From Trichoplax adhaerens (Eukaryota > Animalia > Placozoa): 64,000 nucleotides of DNA. Below the pieces are notes generated by a model. It searched no databases and was not told where the DNA came from. It saw nothing but the letters and a program-made list of their open reading frames with translations. Where the stretch lies: the NCBI RefSeq assembly GCF_000150275.1, contig NW_002060945.1:6935607-6999606 (forward strand). Reading direction: 5' to 3'. Positions 36,601 through 48,292 of the stretch are shown here, piece after piece. The translations under genes and the position numbers were made by a program. Numbering within the stretch: the first letter of the stretch is position 1; each line of letters begins with the position of its first letter.

Positions 36601-38761
36601 CAAATTGCAAACACAACACGTATTTTTAAATTTTTTGGACGAACCACCAGATAGCAAACGTCGCCAAAGAGAAGGCATTTACGTCTCTTATTATTTTGGA
36701 ACTGGTAACAAAACTGTGAAGGTATCACAGTATATTGATGATGATCTGTGATAAATTATTTATTGCCTTCAAAATCGGTGTACCACTATTATTATACCGA
36801 ATAGGGTGCTAGGCATAAGTCAGTAAAAGTTAGTTTAAGTCACTACTACTATATTAAAGGTTGTTTTAATCGTCTATTCGTATGTACATTAGCCTAAAAT
36901 TGATTGCTTGTGTCAGCATTATCTGAATTGCTCTGGAAGCAATCAACTAGAAATACTACCTGTGATAAAGTACGAGTATATATTTTCGTAAAATATGATG
37001 CTAACAACAAGTAATTGCTACATTAATGTAAGATATTAAGACTCGTAAAGAAGGAAATTTCAGATTAATTAAAGGTAAACCTCCGAAAAAAAGATTAAAG
37101 ATCAATTATTTTATGTAATTAAAATTTTTATTTTTCATAGCTAATTTTACTTGATACAAGAACGTTCTTTGATCCTATTAATGAAGACATACTTGGCAAT
37201 GAACAATGGAAATGGTTGAAAGAGCAACTAAGTGAAGACGCAGCTTTAACTATAATAGGCAGTAGCATACAGGTTAGTTGAAATTTCACATTCTCTACAG
37301 AATTATTTACATCGCCTATACATTACAATATTTTTAACACTATTCAAATGTTAGGTTTTAACGGATATTCCCTTCGTCGATAGATGGAGATTTTATAAAA
37401 AAAGTTTTGATAGATTTCTATGGTTAATCAGATCAAGACCAAGGGTATAGGATAATACTTTTGTATATTTACATCATTCTATATTGGTATATGGTAACGT
37501 ACGCATTATCATTCCATATCTGGCTGTCAGGTCATCTTGCTAAGCGGCGATGTTCACTTTGGAGAAATTTCATGTCTCAACGAGTCATGGATTGGTTAGT
37601 ATCTTTGTATTTGGATATAAAATTGATACTTTGACGACTTTAAAAATTACCTCATTTTCTAAACTTATGTGAATTGTATTATTAATGCTATGTATATAAT
37701 ATAAATCCATCCAATTAATCATAAATTATAATATTTTATTGCTTGATCCTATAGGATATCCTATATTCGATATTACTTCCAGCGGACTAACGCATACATG
37801 TGAAACAACTCTTGTTCCATTTAGCGTCTGCAGCTGGTCGTTAAAGTAATATAATTGTACTCTATCTTTCTATCTATCTGCCAATGCGTACAATTAGCTG
37901 CGATACATATATTTTTGATTTAACATCATATTAAAGTGCACATTTCTATATTTCCGTTAGGAGATATGTCATATCTAAGTATCGAGTCGGTGATATACAT
38001 CTAAATCAAAATTTCGGATTGATACGTCTGAAATGGAATGAACAAGCGGTATTGCGACCCGTAGATTCTTTTTAATGATTATGCTCCTTTACAATCTGCT
38101 CCGTAGTTCAGTTGAGATCTGCCTACTTAGGCTTATCAACTTAAAAGAATCATGCATCCTAAATTCGATAGATATATTTTTCAATATGGCCGTTGCAGGT
38201 CTATTAACTAACTTCAAAAACTTGACTATTATATGCGACCTGCAGACTGAAATTTCAATCGAAATACATGGATTAGATGGCCTAAGCTTGCAGCAAACAG
38301 TTAAATTAAGCGACTTAGATTCGGTAAAATTTGTATCACTCTTATAAGTTTTGTTCCGTATTATTCTTAAATCTATCATTTTAATCATATGTCTACTGCA
38401 GACTTTGTCTTATTGACTATATTATTCATACTAGAAAAGTACTCCAGCAAGCTGTCCAACAAGAGTAGCGAGGCCTACGAATAATATGAAGTATGCCGTT
38501 TACGCGTTTACTTTTTGCGCACTTGCCATACCCTTGGTATTATTAGTACTTATTATCAGGTTAGTTTTCATTTAAGATAATACGCAAATCTTATAGTACA
38601 CTTACAACTACTTTATTTAACTACAAATGTAAAACTAACAATTAAAATATTTTCGATAAATTAAGGTCAACTAATAAAATATTTAAGAGAATGTTTCCGC
38701 CTTCAGAACCCGCAAATAACTGTTCTAATCCTATAGACAAAGCCGTTTATCATACGCATAA
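33637..38761 (+). CDS. phoD: PhoD-like (alkaline phosphatase D family) metallophosphoesterase with signal peptide and C-terminal TM, about 13 exons; last exon uncertain
   Basis: Exons include 33637-33779 (signal peptide...VAFGSC), 34952-35028 (PDLFVWLGD), 35776-35879 (VYAD), 36186-36260 (GVWDDHDYG), 36590-36721 (RRQREGIY), 37141-37272 (LILLDTR...DILGNEQWKWL...IIGSSIQ), 37355-37444, 37531-37594 (VILLSGDVHFGEI). Later exons give DITSSGLTH, NFGLI and a TM segment YAVYAFTFCALAIPLVLLVLII. Confidence 0.9.
33945..34478. repeat. Degenerate tandem duplication, 2 x about 255 bp, in PhoD intron 1
   Basis: Paired blocks CTCAATTTCACATC (about 33970, 34226), TTGATCG.AA.TGAA.GCTGCA, TACAAGCTAG.CAGGCA..AATACACATGC.AAC and CTAGACCATAGCATACA. 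Confidence 0.85.
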
Positions 38762-39645
38762 CAGATTAAAAGCTGAATAAGATGGATCACTGTCATATTT
38801 TTACCAATATGATTTCTATTGTTTTTGATATCATTTTTGTAACCATAACAAGTTAGAGATGATAACTACATTACATCTACACGGCCAAGAGATACTACAT
38901 CGATAAAAGTTATACTCTTTGTTATCGATAATACAATTTCTCACGTTAGCAATTGAATATTAATCTTATTTAAATCGCTATCCAGATACTGATAAGTATG
39001 TGTACTATTCTTTACATATTATTTTGATCGATATTTTTTTATCACTATATAAATATTGCAATAACTAGTGCCCTTCCTTGCGAGATACGTATTTTGCTTT
39101 TACTCGCTTCTAGTCTAATACAGCCTCTTAGCAAATTCATTATTTAAAACATCCACCTCAATTATCGAAATCGGTTTTACTACTTTAACTAAAATTGTTA
39201 ATGTTAACGGTATAACTAACTAGCAGTTACATATAGCTTTCAGAGCTTGGACTAATATCCACCATAAGCACTAAGAAAATAGGACGTCCGAAAAATTTTG
39301 CGGCAAAAGTCCTTTATAACATTCCTCAAATTTTTATTGGTATTACAATAAGATCCTTATTTGTGATAAATTAACCCGTACCTTGAAAAATTCAACAAAA
39401 TCTTGAATAAAAATATATCATGCTAATCTCAATTTATTTATAAAGAGTAGCAAAGCATCCCGTTCCTTAATTTACAGTAATACGATACAAGTATGCTATA
39501 CATTAGGCTCTTGAAAAATGAACTCGTTAGTCTATGCGTAGCATGACAGAAGGCTAGATTTTATGTGCTCTTTAAAAGCGACATTTACACAGTACATAAG
39601 ATCCATTTGTACGATTGCATACAAAATAACATGATACCAAAAAAA

Positions 39646-42600
39646 TTAATAAAAAAGTCTACGAAATTCTTTCAAGCTGTATATTAAGTCCTCAATGTTG
39701 TTAGCTCTGCAATGAAACAATAACAATAGTCTGAGTGCAGAAGCTATGACTACCTAAAATGTAGCACAGGGAAGAAGTATTAACGTAGACCTAAATTATA
39801 AAATCTTCCTACCTCAGTATTCTGTCATACAGTTGGTTAAGTTGTTCTGGTGTTGCAATTACTGATCCAGTTTCAGTCACAGTATTTAGCGACGATAAGG
39901 TGGCTTTAACCCACTCAGATAATAACTTTCAAGTTTAGGAAATACATAGAAAAAAAGCACTGACATTGAACTACACTAAATAGAAAATTTATGGAAGATC
40001 AAAATAGCTAGCTACTAGATATGCGCATACCGATGTCGAATAATCCCGCAATTTTAGAAGAACTTCAGCCACTTTTGAGAGAAGGCTTTTCGGAATACCG
40101 TCAGCTACGGAATCAATTAAAGCTATAATAACATAATAAAATGTCTTAATTACCGATGCTCGAAATTCATGTCTTTAAACTCCAAACGTTCAGCTTTACC
40201 TTTGACTAATGCTTGACCGTGATTGTCAACTAATTCTTTTGATCGTTGCCTTATAATATCACTACCAGGTAACGACTTACCCAACGAGAAATGAACACAT
40301 ATTTAACTAGCACATTCAAAAGAAACTATTTTCAAGTGACTAACCTCTCTATAACGTATGCATTCAATTAAGTCACAAAATACAATAAGAGCTGAATCAT
40401 GAGCATCTCTATGTTGTAACGTAGCAGCAGCTAACCCACATCCAACAATAAAATTAACTGCTGGCGCAGTTAATATCAGTCGAGGGCAACGTTGTAGATA
40501 TCTATACTTCAAAAAACAATTCCATAATATAGTATACGTATAGAAATAAACTACAAATCTACACATCTGCTGTTGTATTACATCTATTTAAAAGACAAAA
40601 GATTACAACCTAGCAGTTAATCTGAAAAGATCATCAACAGTTGCAGGATTATCGATTAAATCTGCTTGATTATTCAAAAATTCTGAAGTTACTCGACAAA
40701 AAATCTAAAAACATCAAGAATAAATCAGAATTAATTTTAATTGCTACAAAAGAAACGAGTATAATTATTTGAAAATTATGGTAAAAAAATATGCAAATTA
40801 ATCAATAGACAGATATTATTTCAATATACCATAACGCAATAGTACCTCAAGCATTTGCCTGAAACTATTCTCATAAATGCTTTCAGATGCAAACTCATCA
40901 ACCAAAATACTAGACAGGTAAAGGAAGCACGAGTGCTTATTCTCTGCGTAAGAGCTTACCAGCTGAAAAAGTCAAAAAATAAAGTCAATTACATTTAAGT
41001 AAGTAAAAATTCCATGCATTTAAATTCAATACAGTTACCTAACGAGCTACTCACCTGCTCTGCTATAGGCGCTAACAATTTTGCAGCTCGGCAGCTCACA
41101 CAACGAATTGCAAACCGAATGCAAGTGCATGTATGCTCTAAAACTATAACATCATTCTTGTACTTGTTAAGAATTCTACTAAGAATCGGCCATGCCTAAA
41201 ATCAAAACTTGTAAATTAGTACGATTGTGTAGCACTTTGCTTCAGATAACAATAAAGTCCTAATTTAAGTATGTACATTTTCAAGAATAGAAAGGCAAGG
41301 ATGCATTTCAGATGGATTTAGGCCTGCCTTGTAAAACCTGTACCAATATTTATTTGTTAGAAATACAGTATAATTTAATGCTTGTAAGTAACGATGCAGT
41401 AGTGCTGCGATAAGGTACCTAAAAATATGGCTTAAACGATCAATAGGAGGAACAGGATCAAGGGATTTTTCCATAGATGCCCCATCACCAACTTGTGCAA
41501 TCTAGGAATTATATAGTACAATACCAACCTGGTAGAACATCCGCATCGAAAATGGTCATTTATTTATCTGACAAGTATGCTTTGTTACCTGCTGCAAAGT
41601 TTCCAATTGCAGAGCACCCAGTCTCTGTAAAATTTCGTAAGCATTGGACACTGATACATTACTTAAGATTTCCATTGCGCCTGTATAGGATTGGTCCGTT
41701 AATAAAATTATAAGTTACAGAACTTAACTAAAATACTTAAAAAATGAGTAATTATGCAATCACCTTTAATAAGACTAAGGGCAGATTTATTAGCGTTTCG
41801 GTCACTGACGCTGGTAAACTGAATAGCCTTTAAAATCAGAAAAACTTTAGTTATTACCAATATGTGTTGGTAATATTAATGTAATAAAAAAATAGGTCAA
41901 ATAAGATACCTCAATTAATGGGTTCAGATGTGGATACATATGTTCCTTGCATTCTTTACAAGCGCTTTCAATTGTATCTGCAGCTTGAGTAGTAAGAGCC
42001 GATTCTTGTAACGAATTAAATGTATAAGACAAAAAGCCGGAAAGGTAAGCCCTTCCTGCCTCTTGATGAAATACAAAGCAAAGCTTTTCTAATAGTTTTA
42101 AACAAGTCTGCTTCAAAGCAAGCCCATAAGAAGGACTTGATATGACGATATCAATCACAGGTACTACAGCTTCAGCATGCCTCCTAGAAAAGAACGATAC
42201 CAAAAATAATAAGACTATAACACGTCGATCTGTTTAAGTATGACCACCATGGCGACAAAAAAAATTGACAAGTGCCTTACATTAATAAAGATTCAGCTAG
42301 AATACCAAGAATAAAGAATGCCGCTTCTATCTGTACCCACGTATTCGCTGAATTTAGGGTATTTTGACATACCTGTAGTTAATAGAATGTTAACCGATAT
42401 AGTAAGAAACAAGTTGAATAACATGTAAATAGGCAATAGGTTTAACTGACGTGTGTAAAGCAGTTCACAGCTCCACCAACGACGAACTTAATGCTATGTA
42501 AAATATCTTCAACATCGCGGCGAAATTCGATCATCGTATCATCGTCAGCTAGGATTTCATTTTCCTAGTGTAGAGATAATGATATTCATTTCTCACTATA

Positions 42601-45600
42601 TCGTCAGATTTTTAATCTATCAGACAAGAAAAAGATGTAAAATGTATAAATTATCTCATTCATGAAAACCTCGCTTTCACATCGTTGGCATAGTCTGCAT
42701 AGATGATCCAATAGTCGAAATATATACGGTTCAAAGGGTTTACTGTAAGTGTTGTCAGATTCTGTCAAGTCAAATAATGAGTCGGCCAAGCAAAACCAAA
42801 AATCGAAGGTAATTTGGGCAAGCTAAGCCAAGACAATGAAACAAAAATAACAAAATATATTAGTAATAATCAATAATTTCATTTTGAGAGCTCACCTACA
42901 AGTAACTTACAGAAATATTTCCATATTCGGAACATAAAGATATCATTTCCAATAGATTAAAACTACCCAGTCCCTAAATAATCACAAGTGATAACTTAAC
43001 AAAGTGGCTTTCTATATATAAGAACACAGTAACTTTATAATTGCATACCTGATTAGGCGTATCGATCATACACCGATGGAAGGAAATGCCAAGCTCAGTA
43101 AAAATATGACATAGTGCACCAGCTCTTCAGTGGTGTATGGAAAAAAAGTTACAAAATTAGCAAATGAAATGATAGTATATCATATCTAAATATTTCGATG
43201 GATTGACGTAAAATTTTAATGATTGCCGCCAAATACATCCAGAAGCATAATACTCAGGTACTGTATACAGAATCAGTTAGAACTTATGTGAACTTTAATT
43301 AGCTCAGTAAGGTACCTTTCCATATCTTTGTTGTTAAGAACTTCTTGAAAAGCACCATTCGCCAGTTGATGACATGCTGTAAGAAGTGCTTTAGCTAAAT
43401 CTTGATATTTTTCATAATCCTATTTATAAATTTGCGGCACACATATTATTACCGTCGATACAAATTGCCACTAGAGGAATATAGCTAATCTTCTTTGATA
43501 ATTAATCATAAAACAGGATAATGATATTTTACCTCAACAACAGTGGCAGCACCGCATATGCACCGGCTAGCCGCTTCATAAATTCGCATATTAGACTGAA
43601 CGTTTAACTAAAATAATTAACAAAGACAGACAAACTTTCAGGTTATTGAATTGAACTATTTAAACATGGAAGCAAGCCCGAAAATGTTAAAAATATCATT
43701 ACTTACTAAAATTTGAAAAGGAACTTCTAAGAAATTACTCAAGATAATTTGTTCGGATATTAAAGGACCTAACTGAAACCAGCTGGCAAGGCAAGCAAGA
43801 GTCTATAAATTAAAGATTTCTATATTTTAGAACTGCTATTGCAATCTGCATAAGATATCAGTAGTGAAGTCATTGATGCGGTATAGTGGACAAATTAAAA
43901 AATCAATATGTAACCAGAATAGTTACTCACTTTAACACAGATATTGGAGTCAGTCTTCACCATTTCCATGCACTTTGACTAAAGATAACGTTGCAAATAG
44001 TTCCCCATTAAATCATTAGTCGCTCTTTATAAAATTATGAAAAGTTGAAGTGCATTATTTTTATCTTATTCATACCAAAAACTCGAAAACTAGTGTTGAC
44101 GACTGCCGTAAGATCGTTGTTACCAAAGTTCTTCTGTTTTCACCAACTCGTATTTTTTCACTTTCAATCTATAAATAGATGAATTCATTGTTGAACCATC
44201 CAAGCAGAAATGATACTTGAAATCAACAACGAGTTTTTCTAAAAATACATCAAGCGCATATCTAACATCTGTAACAATGAGTATATAAAAACGTACTTCT
44301 TGGGGTAAGATCTCAAGTGTTTCCAATAATATGGGATAATACCGGATTTCGCTAGCGAAACTATTACAACGCCAACATCAAACATGAATTTATCAGTTAA
44401 GTATGTACATTGAAATTAAAATGTATCTTATTGCTAGCAAAGCATGATAATAACATTGAACGAAAAACATTTTAATCATTATTCATTTTAGAGTTATATA
44501 CAAATTCTTTAAAGGTCGATGTTTAAGCTATTAGTAAATGTGAAGGAATCTTTATCAACTTAATGACACCATAAATATGAATTCCTATTAATATCAATCT
44601 ATTTACCTAACAATCAAACTTTGTACAGCGTCGTTCCATTGATCCATCTGTATTGCTAAGTCAGCAAGAGCTATGCATAACTAATATTTATGTATAACAA
44701 TAAAAGCGAAATAAAGATGAATTAAAATAACTTATAATAAGTTATAGGTTAGAAGCCGATAAGAATATGCTATTGGATATAAGAGGTAAAAACTTAACAG
44801 TGAATACCAGTTAAAAAGTACAGTTTTATATCTTGTTAGCTTTCAATAACACGTAAGATGGTAACTCCTGGGAATAAATAATTTCCATTTTACAATCTTC
44901 CTTTGTCAAATCATGCTTACTTGTGTTACGGTTGAAGGTGATCCAGCATGTAATCTTTTGCAATGGTCTATTAATGAGTTTCTTAATGACTGTATGTAGG
45001 TAAAGATTAATAGTAATAACCATAATTAGTATAGCACATACTTTCTGCAACCATTCATAAATAAGCAACTAATATAAGTATAATATTCCCCTTTGAAGGT
45101 TAATGTTGAAGTATAGGAAATATAATAGCTCTGGTATTCATTTATATAGCGATACTGATGTTAAAAGAGTGCAAATCGAGTGATATATTTTGAATTAAAT
45201 ATAGTCTTGGTGTCTCAGTTGTACGTAAACTGAAACAGTAACGTTACTAAATTAGCAAGATATGAGGCGAGATGCTCATCCTCTAGGGACTGTAAAAAAA
45301 TTACGTAGCGTAAGAAAAAGTGATACAGGCATATTACATTACAAATTGACAACAAAGTTGCATTTTTTAGTAGCTCATGAATTCATTTATAATAAATTGA
45401 TTATCCAGTAAAAAAGAAGAATATATTGCTATTACATTTTACGCTAAGGCATTGACTTACCCCATGTGACGATACCGGTAATTCGTTAAAACTATATTCA
45501 ATCTAAGTAAATCAATTATCAGTATTTAAAATGTTATCTGAAAAGTAACGTTTACTAGTAAGTACAGTCTTTACCGCTTTTAGTTTACAGTTATATAATG

Positions 45601-46982
45601 TACAACTTAACAGTAGATGCAAGCCACTACTCTAGAAGTATCTGGTTTGCTCTACCAACTGATATGTTCAATCTTAATCTGGCAGATTAGTGTTGTAATA
45701 TACTGTATTTTAGCAAGCATTCCAATTGAAGGTAGTATAAATCTATCATCTATAATGAAAACCTATCTTATTTTCTTTATCATACGTCATTTAATAAGGT
45801 AGATTTAACATTAGGCATCAACTACTCAGTGTTTTATTTGATTAGCTAGGTGTGAAATGATGTTGATTTGTTACCTTGCTTTTCATGGTATTAGCAGCAA
45901 AGTAAGTATATGTCTCATTGGTGCTTTTATGTAATAATTCATCACATAATTCCCATGCATATACCTGTAATTAAGATAAGATACGTTATTAATACATGAA
46001 AATTATACATGATAACGTTGATTTCCTGATCACTTCTGACTGCATCAGCATAAGCCAAGGGGTGATTATTCGTTATGTCAATTAGCAATTTTGTTCAACT
46101 GTAAGTTGTATAAAATAGAGAATAAAAAGCGTCCTAACCAATTCTAATAAGATAAAAAGTATCATTCCACTAGGCCTAGCATTAGCTGTACTATAGTAGC
46201 ATGTCTATTATTATATAAGCTATTTATTGTTTATTTCATCTGGTAGGAGAAAACATAAGTGTTCAAGATGATAAGATCCTCGTCTAGTACGCGTATATTA
46301 GCAACTACTTCCGCTACAAGGCGAGTTGATTCATTCCCTATAGCATCAACCGATCAGGTACTCGCTGTGCTCATTTTCACATACGATAAGCATATCGATC
46401 TTATAATATCCAATAATCAACGCTGTACTAGCAGTTCATCATTATAATTGCTACAAAAATATAATGTAGCTGTTCGATTTCAATTTCAAAAGTACTACTA
46501 GCAGACTGAGCCTACACGAGTCTACAAAACTATTCGATTTACTTTAGATCGATTAATTTGGGTAGACATGCAACGTCATCATTATCCTAATTCTAGTCCA
46601 TCACATCGATATAGGTCAAGAACCAAGTTGAATCTTGTTCAAAGGATATCGATAGAATTGGAGAGTTGGATAAAAAGCCTATGTGAAGGCTTGACGATAT
46701 TAATATAGATGAGTAAAATGTTCCATTGTACAAGCTCAGCATGGAGGACTACGAAGAGGAGTGCTGATCGTTTGTGAGTACAGTATGAGAGTGGAAATGA
46801 GTCAGAACGAAAGCACGATTCCTTGTAGAAACTTATTAAGCACTGTTATTATCCTACTGAGCATTTATTACCGATTTTTGAAATTCTTCCAGCCATTTCG
46901 ATGCTTTTTCTACGTTATGAACATACAAAGCTTCTAAAGCAGCAACGAGCTCATTAATGGTAGGTCGTCCTGGAATAGCCAT
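39646..46982 (-). CDS. TNPO3: Transportin-3 (importin-beta family SR-protein importer), more than 20 exons
   Basis: Starts MAIPGRPTINELVAALEALY...KASKWLEEFQKS, then VYAWELCDELLH, YFAANTMKSK, SLRNSLIDH, LCIALADLAIQM, LETLEILPQE, ITFDFWF, PVPPIDRLSHIFR, EHTCTCIRFAIRCV, NPATVDDLFRL, LQHRDAH. Ends SLKEFRRLFY*, resembling the vertebrate TNPO3 C-terminus. Confidence 0.95.
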
Positions 46983-47056
46983 TGCACAAAAAGAAGTCTA
47001 AAAGTTGCAAGCCGCCATGCACCAGAGCAATGTCTCCTCGTCCAGTGGTCGTACGT

Positions 47057-47351
47057 CAGTACAGTATCGGTATGATTGTTAGCGTACAGTGTACAATGTA
47101 CTGTACGAAACACTTCATGTACTGTACACTGTACACTGTACACTGTACAATACAGTACGGTACAGTGTGGCTCAGATTTGCTGTACAGTACGATACTCGG
47201 ACGTCTTAAACACTCATGAAGTGATAGTACTTACACAGTAGAAAGCACTACAAGTGCTGTAAGATTGAAGATTGAAGCCTACAATACAGTACTGTACATG
47301 CAGTACTGTACACTGTAGTAGCGGGCGTACTGTATTGTACATTACAGTACA
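47057..47351. promoter_or_regulatory. CAGTA/ACTGTAC tract immediately upstream of TNPO3, in the divergent region shared with GSKIP
   Basis: (ACTGTAC)n and TACAGTACTGTA motifs begin about 75 bp from the TNPO3 ATG. Confidence 0.55.
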
Positions 47352-47367
47352 TAAGGCCGTGACCCTA

Positions 47368-47630
47368 AATTATGTCACTTATTGTAAGTATGATTTGTTA
47401 CTGTTGAGTGACATTGCTTTCGCAAACATTGTAAAAGACTGCAGGGATCTTCATTTGTAGTTTTTCGTATCCCAATCATGAATTAAAACCTATGTCACTT
47501 ATTGTGTCGTATGATTTCTTGCTATAGAGTGACATTATTTTCGCAACCACTTCAAAGACTCCAAGGACTACCGTATTGTACTTGCCACTAGAGTTGCCAG
47601 GGACCTTCATTTGTAGTTTTTCGTCTTCCT
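47368..47630. repeat. Tandem duplication (120-bp period) in the TNPO3/GSKIP divergent intergenic region, each copy with an ATGTCACT...AGTGACAT inverted repeat
   Basis: TATGTCACTTATTGT..GTATGATTT...GAGTGACATT..TTTCGCAA starts at 47371 and 47491. CTTCATTTGTAGTTTTTCGT also occurs twice. Confidence 0.88.
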
Positions 47631-48292
47631 ATCGTTAATTAATGGACCATTCATTAATTATTCATCAAGTATGGAATTAATAATTGATAACAGTAATTCT
47701 CCGAAAGATTGAGTAGTTCATAGAGAGCTTTATTGGTATTTGTTTGTATCCATCATTAAAAATAATGATCCATGGTCCGGCATTTTCTTCATATCCTCTC
47801 CCCTTGGCCTATGGTCATACCATGGACTTTTAGAAATACAATATACCAGCGTTGTTGATAATACAGTATAATGTTGAATGTTGTAGCACAGTACTTCTCT
47901 CTCTCTCTCAATCAAAAAGTATTACAGTTGATGTATGGTCTACTGCATACTAGTAATACACTCCACCATTCAATATTCGATAAAAAAGTGCAGTTAGACA
48001 TTTTTGGATTCCCGCGGATTGTGCGGCCATTGCATTGTAGTGGCGTACGGTACGCTAGGGGGGGGGGGGGGAGAGAGATCTACACAAGGTGTACGTGACT
48101 CTCGAGGCGTATGAATCGTCATCAAGCTCCTTGGTAACGAACACTCGAGCTCGAGCAAGCTCCAGAAGTAGTTTTCTCCTAGCAGTCCATGATATTGCAC
48201 ACTATGCACTGTGCCATGCATGATGTAAGGTAGGCTGAAAATTAATTTATAGGCAGCTGCTACAGCTGTTGACCGATCAGAGTTTACTCAAG

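Noticed and set aside
39220-39270. Possible alternative last exon of TNPO3 (...ILVQALKAICNC*)
   Set aside because: The helix-like frame needs phase 0, but the upstream exon ends in phase 2, which gives SAYGGY* only.
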